Assembly (NCBI GenBank): GCA_951804945.1
Contig: OX638154.1
Coordinates: forward strand, 32,922,001 to 32,986,000
From: Podarcis cretensis
Lineage: Eukaryota
Direction of reading: 5' to 3'
Length of the DNA: 64,000 nucleotides
This document shows positions 25,594 to 36,939 of this stretch, piece by piece; position 1 is the first letter of the stretch; every line of letters begins with the position of its first letter. Position numbers and translations under genes: made by a program. The notes below the pieces were generated by a model, which saw only the letters and a list, made by a program, of their open reading frames with translations, had not been told where the DNA came from and searched no databases.

Positions 25594-26943
25594 AGTGAAT
25601 TACTCCAGTCAACAATAGCGTTGAGAAGGTAGGTTCAGAGTTTGAGTAACCTGTTAAGAGAAGAGTCTGCTTCACTAATGGCATCAAGCTTGAAAGAGGT
25701 GGAGAATGAGGATCTTGGTTTCTGCTGGTTCTTCTATCCCATGAGCCTGTCATCTACCTTGATTCACTTCTAATTGTGCTACTCAACTACATTCAGATGA
25801 CCACCATCCCTACTTAACAGAAGCATAGGCATATCATAAAACATAGAAATTCTATGTTTTAATACAGTAAAATCTCAGAACAGTACACATTTATTTACAC
25901 TGAGATGTGTGCTAGGCAAACTGTAGAACATCAAAGCATTTCAGAACTACAGACTAATAAAGACAAAGACAAGATTAAGTGCAAGGACAATGGTGGAGCA
26001 CCACCTGTCCAGGAAAGCACAACAGTGTGGCCAAAGTTAAACCATATATTGCCACCTATTTAACTTTCCCCCATGTCAATTACTTCAATTTTATTTGGAA
26101 ATTAAAAAAGAGACAAATATATGAATATTTCCTAATGTAGATCAATAGAACAAGACTTCTACAATGAAAGCCTCTGCCTTTGTTTTATAAAGTGTATAGA
26201 TGTATGTTAATAAACCTTCAAGAACTTACTATAGCAGATACTCAAAAATCATTATCTGCTGTAGTAATTACTTAGAAGCAAGTACCACTGAATCTGATGG
26301 AACTCACTCCAAAACAAGGGTGCACAACTCAGAATATAGTAGCCTAATCTTTCTTGTTTCAAAGGATGTTAAGGCTATACCTCCTAGCCACCCCTAGCTT
26401 ATCAGTATAATGACAGGTAACTTACTGTGCACACAAGTTTTACTTGGTGTTTAGTTGCAGCAACTGAAGTAATGGTTCAAAGAGATATGCATTTGCAAAT
26501 AATGTGAGCAGAGAACATCCATTTCAGAGCTAATTCTGCTCCCTACCACAAACAGTTGTTAACTGAAGAGATTTATTGACCATTCCAGTGGCATTCCAGT
26601 GTGGGAATAATATTCTCTTGGAGTTGAATTCTCCAACGAACCTACAGAACTTCCCTCATAACATTGCAATTCTTGGGCATTCCTAAATGAGATACATAGA
26701 CCTCAGCTCAAGCAATGGGTCCCATTACCTAGCACTAAATTGGGGAATCTCAGCCCAGAGGCCAAATGCAGTTCCCCAGGGCTCTCTCAGTTGGACCTTC
26801 AGGTGCCTCCCCATGCCACACCTGCCAATTCCCCTGCTTCACACCCAAGTATTTATCCTAGTCGGAACTCACCCCTGACCTCTGATCATGCCTCACGCTT
26901 TTCCGGGTGGCGGTTAGAGAGCCGTGTGAGTGTGTGTATAAAC

Positions 26944-27033
26944 CATAGCTGTCAACTTTTCCCTCTTCTTGCAAGGAATCCTATTTGGAATAAGGGAATT
27001 TCCCTTTAAAAAAGGTAAAAGTTGAGAGCTACA
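26944..27033. mobile_element. 90-bp hAT-type MITE
   Basis: 8-bp TSD GTATAAAC; TIRs TAGCTGTCAACTTTT/AAAAGTTGAGAGCTA. Confidence 0.75.
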
Positions 27034-27399
27034 GTATAAACTAGCTTAAAAGTACAAAGGCAAAATTTAAATTTGCTACTTTGCCCCCTTTGGCCCCACC
27101 CACCACAGGCATGCGGCTCCCAGAAGGTTGCCCAGAAGGCAATAAATATGGCCCTCCGACTGAAAGGGGCTCTCACTCCTGACCTACCACAACCATCAGT
27201 GCTTAGGATAAGGTTTAGGTACCCAATTTGGTACTATTCCCGGTGCGGTCGCCAAAACCCACAGCAGGGCAAGACCTCTATTTTGAAATACTGGTACCTA
27301 TAGATTTGGCTATTCAGCAGCAGCGGCTGGGAAGGGAGCTGTGGCTCAGCGAAAAGGGAAGCTCTCCTTCTCCCTTCTTCCCCAGGGCTTCATGGACCT

Positions 27400-27960
27400 C
27401 TTCCCCTGGAAGCCCTCGGAGGGAGCGGGGGCTCAGGAGCTCCGCTCAGCAGCACATGTGAGGGGGCGGGCCGCGCAGCATTTCTGCCCTGGGGGCCTCC
27501 TCCCCCGTCCAAACTCACCGCCGCACCCTCCCCGTGAGGGGAGAGATTCCCGGCTCGGCTCCTCAGGCCCACACGTCTCCTTCCTCCTTCGCATCTGGCG
27601 CGCCTCGATGACGTCACTATGGTGGACGCCAAGCCGCAGGCTTCGGGAACCATCTTTTAAATAGGAAGAAGCGCGGCGGCGGATGGATTCGGCTCCGCCT
27701 CGGTTGCTAGGCAACAGAGATTCACAACGAAGCTGCGCGATGTCAGCTCCCGCCCGCTGGATAACTCCGCCCGAACGCTGCAAAAGAAAAAGAAAGAAAA
27801 AAGGCTGTTCTTTTCTTGCCGTCGTTGGTCTGTCATACGTCCTGAATTTCCCGGACATAACCAGTAATCGTCGAGCGGAGTTTTGGAAAAGCGGTTAACA
27901 TGTCCGGTAAATCCACGAGCATATGGCAGCCCAAATAAGAAGTGTTGATATTTTTTTTTT
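27400..27960 (-). promoter_or_regulatory. KLHL12: KLHL12 CpG-island promoter and non-coding exon 1
   Basis: CpG-rich block; GTGAGT donor on the minus strand at 27518; palindromic CRE TGACGTCA at 27609-27616; RFX X-box GTTGCTAGGCAAC at 27703-27715. Confidence 0.8.
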
Positions 27961-28084
27961 GCGATTTTCCGAAAAATAGGTAAAAAACTTCATTTTGGGG
28001 GAGAATTTGAAAAAAAAAAAAAAAGCAGCCTCAATTTCCGTGCTGGTCAGATTGCATGCAGAGGCATGGAAAAAGCCACGACTT

Positions 28085-28183
28085 TTGTTGTTGTTTAGTC
28101 GTGTCCCACTCTTCGTGACCCCATGGACCAGAGCACGCCAGGCACTTCTGTCTTCCACTGCCTCCCGCAGTTTGGTCAAACTC
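28085..28183 (-). mobile_element. BovB/RTE 3'-end fragment next to the KLHL12 promoter
   Basis: SLTKLREAVEDRSAWRALVHGVTKS followed by a (CAA)n tail. Confidence 0.85.
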
Positions 28184-29642
28184 ATTATTATTACTGTTAT
28201 TGTTGTTGTTTTAAATAAATGAATCTTTCAGGTGTTGCAGGGGAAACTATTAATCTAGCCCAGTATGATACACTCTCACCATGGAGAGAAGGTAATGGGG
28301 AGTGCAGTTACCATTGTTGGTGAACCACTAAGGGCCTAACCTGCATACTAAGTGTGCATTTAAAAACAATATTCTCAGACCACTTTAAAAACAACAAACC
28401 GTGTGGATCCCACTTAGGATTCAGATAATGGAGATTTCACCCTTTCCTCCAAATGCTGTTTTCCTGCTGCCCCATGCCTTTCCCCAGTGACTGCTTTTTT
28501 TGGTGTTTTGGTTTTCTTTTCTTTTTTCTTTTTGGCAAAGCACCTTTGGGTGTTAGCAACAACTGGGGGACCTTTTAGTGGGAGAACAGTAAGTGGAGGG
28601 AAGTGTAGGCTCACTCCTTGGCTGTGCAGCGTGGTTCTGATCTGGATCAGGGCTTCACGTGACTCATTTTTCTAGACATGTACTTTGATCCTACACCACA
28701 TATTGCTGGATGGACGTTCATGACTGATTTTTCCTTGCAGGATCAGATACATGACATCTGAAACTAGAGACAGAGTTCCTGAGTGGAGATCTGCTTATTA
28801 CCACCCCCATTGTACTTATTTTGCTCTCTATACATTGGAGGGGCAACTTATGTAATGGGGAGCCTGCTGTATTCATTGGGTTATTGGGGTTCTAAATCAT
28901 ACAGCAGTATAATAGCCTCCCCAATGCAGAAGTTACCCGTCAAACACATGGAGGGTAACATGGGGAGTTGTCTTCTACTGAGTCAGACCACTGGTCCATT
29001 TAGCTCAGCACTACACTGACTGACAACAGCTGACAGGGGCTTCAGACAGTACTACCTGGACCTGTGACCTTATGCATGCAAATGAGATGCTAATTTGATG
29101 GAGGAAGGGAGCTAATCAGCATGTTCTGTCACATCTTCCTAATCGGGAGGCCAAATGATTTTTGTTTGTCTTTAGCCACTCTGTTATATATTAAAATTCA
29201 AAAGCAAGCACAGAACAAAATTATCACAGAAAACAGGTATGAAATTTGAAAAAGAGACAAAAAGCAGGCCAGAGACATCAGTAACACATTCCAGACTTTT
29301 TATATAATAGAAATTATAACAAGTCACACAGTCCTAATTGTACAGTACTGTTTTACTACTTTGGTGTGGGCTCCTCTGGAAGAAAAAGCAGGATAGAAAT
29401 TAATTAATTAAACAAACACACACCCACACACACACATCCTCTCCCACCCCCATGGACCCACACTGATAGTGCCACAATATTGTTGTTTTTGCGGCAACAT
29501 GCTACTATTCTGGAAATTACCAACTTGGGAATCCCCTTTTCTTCCAGAAGATGGCAGACTTTCCTAATTGTTTCACATTTAGCTGTACAAATTTAGCAAA
29601 ACACTTTCTTGGTTGACTGGGAGAGGGAGAGACATTGTAGAC

Positions 29643-29677
<35 letters not shown>
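29643..29677. repeat. (GAAA)n microsatellite
   Basis: About 8 perfect units. Confidence 0.95.
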
Positions 29678-29722
29678 TTTAATAACATTTGTGCTATTCC
29701 AGCCATTCAGTAAGATTAGTAA

Positions 29723-30136
29723 CTCCTTAATGGATCACTGCCTTGTCGTGGCGAAGGGGCTTGAATAACTCAGAGAAGCTATGAGCTATGCTGTGCAGGG
29801 CCACCCAAGATGGACAGGTCATAGTGGAGAGTTTTGACTAAACGTGATCCACCTGGAGTGGGAACTGGTAAGTATCCCTGCCAAGAAAACTCCATGGACA
29901 AAGACAACAGGCATATAAAAGTTGTGATGCTAGAAGATGAGCCCCTTAGGTTGAAAGGCACCCAACATGCTAGTGAGGAGGAGCGGAGGACAAGTACAAG
30001 TAGATTCAGAGCTGATGATATGGCTGGCTACCAACATGAGTTTGACCAAACTGCGGGAGGCAGTGGAAGACAGGAGGGCCTGGTGTGCTCTGGTCCATGG
30101 CATCACAAAGAGTCGGAAACGAATAACAACAACAAC
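29723..30136 (+). mobile_element. Internally deleted BovB (5'UTR joined to 3' end)
   Basis: Starts with the BovB-like 5' end GGATCACTGCCTTGTCGTGGCGAAGGGGCTTG and ends in the LREAVEDRRAW..VHG region plus (CAA)n. TSD AAGATTAGTAA at 29712-29722 and 30137-30147. Confidence 0.8.
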
Positions 30137-30889
30137 AAGATTAGTAATATAAATACACTATAAATAATTCTAGACTGTACCTGGAAGAAAAGCTTTGGTC
30201 CTATTCAGAGCTTTACCTTTTCTAAGACAGGATCAGTAGTGGGACATCTGCTTTTTAACTTGTTCACAAACCATCTAGGATTGGGGGTGTCTCACACATT
30301 TTGCTTGCCTAGGAAAGGCCATCAGCTTTCGATGAAGAGCCAGAAAATCTGGGCATAAGAGGCTGTTAGTTACTGCAGCAGTCGCTGCTCACAAACTGAT
30401 AGTTGATACTGCCTATGAAACTGAATAAACAAGTAAACTTAAAGAGAACATAATTTTGTGGCATACAATCATGGCAATGCTTACTTTCTGGAAATAAAAA
30501 AAAAACCCACATAGGTGCTAAGTTCAAGCCTAGTTGGGAATGCACATATGCACAAGTCTGTAATGTCAGATTACACTAGCCAACAGTGCTTATTCATTGA
30601 AGAAGGGGGGGAGAACACATTTTGCATGTGTGCTAAGTCCCCTTCTTCTTGTCTGACTGTTGGCTTGCTCTGCATGCCCTGCTGTTCAGTTTCCAGGACG
30701 GAGAACTAGTTCCGTTTAAGCTCCCGAATTCTGGCTCATGACACCTCAGGCATGATCCATCCTTGGGTGGCCAAGGATTTCCCTTAAAAATAAAAACAAA
30801 AACTTTTATGATGCTCTCCTATTGTCTCATGTGGCACTTCACTGCATTTCCCAGAGAAGTGCTTTGGGGTGCGTGCATGAAATAAAAAG

Positions 30890-31480
30890 CTGCTATAACC
30901 GACGTGAGATATGCGAGGCGATTTGCAGGAGGGTCCGGGTCCTCCACGTGACCTCGCCCCCCAGCAGGCCTCGAGGAGAGGCGAGCACTTCTGCGCATTG
31001 GACCGGTTCCTTCCCTCGTGGCCGGCATTCTGGAGAGGGCGGAGCCAATCAGGGAGCGTCGAGGCGGGGGGCGGAGCAGAAAGGCGCGGAGGGCGCAAGG
31101 GACCACGTGGATGGCGGTGCAGCCTTGGGGGAAGTGGGGCTGGCGGGCCGGGAGGGGAGAGGGAGCAGCTCGCGGGTGCGAGGATCAGGAGGAGCCTGGG
31201 CAATACCTTTCTGCATCCCTACGCTTAACTCCTCGACAGCTGGCTGGATGTCATGGCCTTCCCGCCCCCCAATCCCGCGCTGCTATCACGGCAACATCGT
31301 GGTGGGAAGGAGCAAGGAGAGATTCGCATCCGTGTCAAACCCATAGGAGCCTAATCCGAGGGGCCGAGGTCCCTCCAAATAAAACTTTGGGACGCCTCCC
31401 CCCCCCAAGTTGATGGGCATTGCCATTCAAATACTGTGCATGTGCCGTATCATGTGATCGATTATGTGGGGCGGGGCTTA
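30890..31480. promoter_or_regulatory. Orphan CpG island with promoter-type motifs
   Basis: CpG-rich; CACGTG E-boxes at about 30945 and 31104; GGGCGGAGCCAATCAG at about 31037; further GC boxes. No coding exon recognised. Confidence 0.6.
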
Positions 31481-31539
31481 CCTGTCCTCCCCTTATATTA
31501 TATTAATTATATGTATTATATATTATACACACACACACA

Positions 31540-32330
31540 ATTTTTCTTTATTTCCCATGTAATAATATACGTTCACATCATTACACCCCACCCCACTTTA
31601 CGTCCCTGGCTCTATAGAGCCTGTCAACTTCCTTCCCGCCTCATGGCTTTCAAAATTAACCTTTATATCATTGCATTGTGTACCTTTTCCAATTCTAATT
31701 GCACACATTACAAAATAACTCAAAATTTAAATGAATGTAGAAAGCTTCTCATTACAAGTCTTCAAACAACCCTGCCAGTGTTGTTAATTGCTTACAATAA
31801 TCTTTCAAATATCATATGAATTTACTCCAGTCCTTTTGGAATACTTGATCTTGCTGGTTTCGGATTTTTCCTGTCAGCTTTGACAGTTCTTCAAAGTCCA
31901 TCATCTTCATCTTTTGTTGCTATTTCTTGTTGTCTCCATTTTTGGGCTAAGAAGAATTCTTGCTGCAGTTGTTGCATACATAAACAGTCTTTTATCTTCC
32001 CTTGATATCTCTTCACCCACTAAACCCAATAAAAAGGCTTCTGGTTTTTAAACAAAAGTATTTTTAAACATTTTCTTTAACTCATTATATTTAATTTCCC
32101 AGAAAGCATTTACCTCCTTACAAGTCCACCACATGTGGAAAAAGATGCCTTCCTTTTCTTTACATTTCCAGCACTCATTAGTTCTTGTCCTATACATTTT
32201 GGCAAGTTGAGCTGGTGTTAAATACCATCTATACATCATTTTCATAACATTTTCTTTAAGTGTGCTGCATGCAGTAAAATTAATACCTTCCTTCCATAAC
32301 CTTTCCCATGATTCTAATTGAATATTATAT
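31540..32330 (-). mobile_element. L1/Tx1-type LINE 3' fragment (zf-RVT CCHC region)
   Basis: KMMYRWYLTPAQLAKMY...CWKCKEKEGIFFHMWWTCKEV..FW. Confidence 0.85.
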
Positions 32331-32345
32331 CCAAAATCCTTAGCC

Positions 32346-32481
32346 CAGGCATAAGCAACCTTCGGCCCTCCAGATGTTTTGAACTACAGTTCCCATTGTC
32401 CCTGACCACTGGTCCTGTTACCTGGGGATCATGGGAGTTGCAGGTCAAAACATCTGGAGGGCCAAAGGTTGCCTATGCCTG
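32346..32481. mobile_element. Foldback hAT-type MITE (abundant family)
   Basis: TIR CAGGCATA.GCAACC; TSD CCTTAGCC/CTTTAGCC. Related copies at about 5290, 7400, 36640, 41190, 52590, 55610, 55708, 56460 and 60085. Confidence 0.75.
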
Positions 32482-34609
32482 CTTTAGCCCAATGTATCAT
32501 CACAACTCCTCCCCAATATTTTATTCAAGTTGGCACCCCTGGGCCCAAACCGCTTTCAGCTCCATCATGTGGCGCAGCAGGACGTAACCAGCAGAAAGGG
32601 TGGTGTAAATCAAATGCCTCCAGAATGGAATAGGGGCTAAATTGTGCCAGTGCAATTTATGCTGGTGTAATTGGCGCAGAATTCCTACAGTTAGGATTGC
32701 TCTCTTGCAAGATGACTCCTGTAGGAGTCTGCTGTGAAATACTGGGTGCCACAGCTGGGAAGGTGAGCCCTTGTTTATGGGCTCACCTTCAAGTTTTGCA
32801 CTAGTTCCGCATCAGTGTGTGTTCCTGCCTCTTGCACATTTTATGGGCCAGGAAAGCTTCTGGTCTTACTATGAGGTTAAGAAACAAAGGAGCTTCCTAG
32901 CTTCTCAACCTTCCTATGGTTTACATTGCCACTCCGTTTCTCAACATGTACAAACCAAGCCTGGGGGTGGGTGCATGAGAAGATGCTTGGCTCAAAGTAT
33001 ATCCATCTCAACAATGTTTTTGCACTGTTCTTACTTGCTTTTTGAATCGGGTTACAATGTGGATTATTTTAACAGCAGTTAGAGATGTACATGGTGTTAC
33101 TTTGGTTGAAACAATTTTGTATATAATTCTGGATTGGGGGATGTGTGGGGGATGTTTCTGGTGAATTGCCTGAACATCAATGTTTTTTTTTAATTCCCTA
33201 CTACTCTAACAGTACCTTGCTAGCAAAATCCCACCCCTCTAAAATCATTGGAGTACAACCAAAACTCACCAATTCATGCTGTCTAAACCTCCAAAAGGAC
33301 ACCAATTTATGCTCCATCCTTTACCCAAATTCATTCCATTAACTTTCCAGGTCAAGAATTAAATTCTTGACTTCTGTTCTCCCCCTCCCCAATCAATTTA
33401 ATACATTTAACTTCCTCTTCCCTCTAAAAGTTATTTAATAAATCTCTTCTTCCAAAATTCATTTCCTTGCCTTCAAGCTTATTTGACAGCAGTCCAACTG
33501 CCCCTCCCTACCCAACACCATTTGTTCTGCATTACAAAGACTACAAATCACAACACACAATTTGCTCACCAGTGCTTATTGTTAAGTGCTAAAGTGGTGC
33601 TGCTGGCTGCAACTGCTTGTCCCCACTTTGATGTATTCAGCAGAACTCTGGACAGATTGCTGAAGGTCCACACTTTGGCTGCTGACAGCATCGCAGGCAG
33701 CTACTGAGTAATGCTGTGTTTATTTTTATCTTATCTTGTGTGTGCGCATGCAAAAGAATAGAAACAGTACCAAAAAGCAGCAACAACAGATGTAGATGGT
33801 GCAAAGAAAATATTTGGACTGTTTCATTTATTGAACGCAGTAAGTATCACTGTTAATAGTGCTGCCAGAAATTAAGGCAAAGCATTCTTTACAACATGGA
33901 ACTATAAAGAGCTAAAAGGGAGCCATTTTGGGGGTGTATTTAGAAAATTACAGAGATGAAAATTACCCATATTATACCCAAGGGTTCTTGGGGAAACCTA
34001 GGAAAATCCCCCCCAACCAGCACCACTGAATTTGCCACCAATAAATGTTGGGGGTCCTATGGGCCAGCAAAATTATCTTGGCAGGCCACATACTGCCCAT
34101 GAACTAGCCATTTCTGCTTTAAGGGCTAGCTATATATTTTTAAATAAAAGTTGAAATTCTCATTTTACCCAGAATAAGTATCTGGGCTTTTGTAATATGA
34201 TCAAGGAACTGTAGAATTCATTGTTTTGGATGATTTTGCCCACAGGCTTAGTATGTGAATGAGAATAGGTTTGGTGGAAGCTTGGTAAGGTTGGTCCACC
34301 TGGATGACTTCAGAAGCTCCTTCTGCAACAAAGGACCTTGCCCTCTGAGAACTGAGCTGAATACATTTCTTTCAGGCCATGGTGAGATGATACTAAGGAA
34401 CCATAGTGGGGATGGTTTGGGTTGTTTTCAAGTCTGATGCTCCAAGTATGTACCTGGGGATCTTGGTGTATGTGTGCCACACAGGTGACTCTTAAGCATG
34501 GAGAGATGCTATTGAGTGGCAGAGGAGAAAGTGGAACTGCTCAAAACCTGCTTTGCCTCTGCCTTTGCTTTGCCCAAAAAGAAAACAGTGCCCAACAACC
34601 TGGTGATGA

Positions 34610-34859
34610 TAGAATAAATTATTCATAAAGGGAGCTGCAGCCCAAGAGGTGATAAGAGAACACCTAGCTACTTTAAATGAACTCATATCTCCAGGGCCTG
34701 ATGAACTGCCCCCAGGGAATACTAAAGGAACTTGCAGATGCAATTTGAGAGGCTCCGTCTATATTCTTTGAGAATTCTTTGGGGTTCCTGTGGGCTGAAG
34801 ACAGGCAAATGTCCCCATCCCCCCCCCAAAGGAAATAATAATAATAATAATAATAATAA

Positions 34860-34890
<31 letters not shown>

Positions 34891-35010
34891 AAGGGGGGAG
34901 GGGAACCAAGCAACTACCAACTGGTTAGCTTGACGTTGATACCAGGAAAGGTCCTAGAACAGAGAATTAAACAGTCTGCAAGCACTTAGAAAATGATGCG
35001 TGGATACAAT
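34610..35010 (+). mobile_element. CR1 RT fragment containing an (AAT)n(AAG)n microsatellite
   Basis: SPGPDEL.PR.LKELAD..., then NYQLVSLTLIPGKVLEQRIK; compound microsatellite at 34833-34892. Confidence 0.8.
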
Positions 35011-35129
35011 TTCGGTGCATGTTAAAACTCTCCCTTGTTCAACACAGCCTTTGCCCGCCGTTGATGCTGGCAGCTGTGGAAATGTTCAGCATGTTGACTG
35101 GACTCGACCGTAATTGTGTTAGTTTTGCA

Positions 35130-36080
35130 TGGTGTTTGATGGTGCTATTGCACGTCGCCACGAAACGCCCAACTAACGCACGACGCGCAAAAATCGCAGT
35201 AGGTCTAAATTCTGCAGTGGGGGGGCATCCTTCCCGCCCTGCACGGCTCTCTTCTCTCGCATACCTAGCAAAACGTGGGGCTCTAAGAGCCCTCCAGTTT
35301 CCAACCTCTCGCCATCCATTTCCAGCCTTCCGCTGCCGAGTAGACTAGTCCTTCTTTCCCTCCCCGATCTCTCCCCCCGCCACCAGCGGCGCCAAGGAGA
35401 CGCACCGAGGGGAAGCACCGCGGAGCAGCCTGCGCGTCTGGCTCCCCAAGGCCGATCGTCGTGCTCGCCAGTGGGGTGGGGTGAGGATCTCCGCCCTTCC
35501 CGGGAAAAGAGGAGGAGGAGGCGTCGCCTCCCGCCCCCCCCCCCCCGGATCCGGTTTCTCGGCTCCCGCCCTCTCCCGCAGCGTCGCCCTGGGGCGCGCC
35601 GAGCTGGTCTGAGCCGTCGGGAGCTGCCGCGATGGGAACCTGGGGCCTGGCGGCGATGGTGCTCTGCAGTCTGGCTGCTGCAAGCTTCGGTGAGGCGGTG
35701 GAGGCGAGAGAAGCGAGGGGAAGGGAAGGCAAGGGGGCCCGGGCGAGGTGGGGAGGGGGGCAGGAGGATGGGCCGCCCCAGGGCTACACGCTGCGCCGCC
35801 CGAGGTGCCTTTCTCCTCCTACCGCCCCAGGAGAACAACAGGGGCGCTGGGGGGCGCGCCTGCTTCGGGCCCGACCTGTGGAGCCGAAGCCCTGCCTTGT
35901 CCTGGCGCCCCCTGGAAATATGGGTCACGGGTCTGGGCGCGCCTCTGCTGGGAGGAGGAAAAGCTTGGGGGGGGGACCTGTTTCTTCCCCGGAATTCGAA
36001 CCCGGGGCAAGTTGTTCCCCAGATTGTTTTTTTCAACCTGAGAAGCCACGCCTCTGAGCATGTGCAAAATGCCTATATCG
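35130..36080 (+). promoter_or_regulatory. SHISA4: SHISA4 CpG-island promoter
   Basis: CpG-dense block containing exon 1. Confidence 0.8.
35632..35689 (+). CDS. SHISA4: SHISA4 exon 1 (signal peptide)
   Basis: Kozak gccgcgATGG; MGTWGLAAMVLCSLAAASF; GTGAGG donor at 35690; phase 1 matches exon 2. Confidence 0.85.
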
Positions 36081-36189
36081 CGACTGGGTTAAAGAAGCCC
36101 GCCAGCCCCTACAGTGGCCAGCCATATGTTTATAGCAGGACAAGCAGGACATGAGTACATTGTGATAACCTTTTCCCCAGGGCTTTGAG

Positions 36190-36939
36190 TCTCCAGCAAG
36201 TGAGTTTCAGAGGCTTATTGCCTCTGACAATGGAGGCAATAGATAGTCATCATTAGTAGCCATTGACGGCCCTATCCACTACTATCTATTGTTCCTCTGT
36301 TCCCCCAGCTCTCAGCCCCCAGCTCTCATTAGTTGGGAGGAAGCCTCGAGGCCAGTGGATCCCCACATGGTGGCTCTGTCAGTGCGCCCTTTGCTGCTGC
36401 TTGCTTGTGAATTGGGGGCTGCCCCCACCCCATATATTCCTCAAGGTTCTCTGCCTTGGGAGTTACGTCTTAGACTGAAGCTAACCAGAGGTGTGTATGG
36501 ATTGGTGTGGCGAGAAAGTGGATCTAGAGAAGTTTCCTAACCCCTCTCTGAGTATAGGAAGCTGGGTGGTGGGAGATTCAGGACAGAGAGGAAGTGTTTT
36601 TGAAAGCGCAGGTAGTTAAAACTGGAATTGGTTGCACGCAACCTTTCTCAACCTTTGGGTCCCCAGATGTTGTTGAACTACAACTCCCATCACCCCTAGC
36701 TAGCAAGGCCAGAGCTCAGGGATGATTGGAGTTGTAGTCTAACAACATCTGGGGACCCACAGGTTGAGAACCGCTGGTACAGGTAGATGTGGTGATGGCC
36801 ACCAATCTGGACGGCTTTAAAAGGGGTACCAGAGGAACAATAGATAGTAGTGGATAGGGCCGTCAATGGCTACTAATGATGACTATCTATTGCCTCCATT
36901 GTCAGAGGCAATAAGCCTCTGAAACTCACTTGCTGGAGA
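36190..36939. repeat. Inverted repeat with 110-bp identical arms
   Basis: 36190-36299 is the exact reverse complement of 36830-36939, embedded in longer diverged CR1-like 3'UTR copies. Confidence 0.9.

Noticed and set aside
30784-31413. Overlapping 95-174 aa ORFs in the orphan CpG island
   Set aside because: Open in several frames on both strands with no recognisable motif; a GC artefact.
35173-36154. Long ORFs (287, 227 and 149 aa) over the SHISA4 promoter
   Set aside because: They reflect stop-codon depletion in a GC-rich island, are Arg/Gly/Pro low complexity and show no domain.
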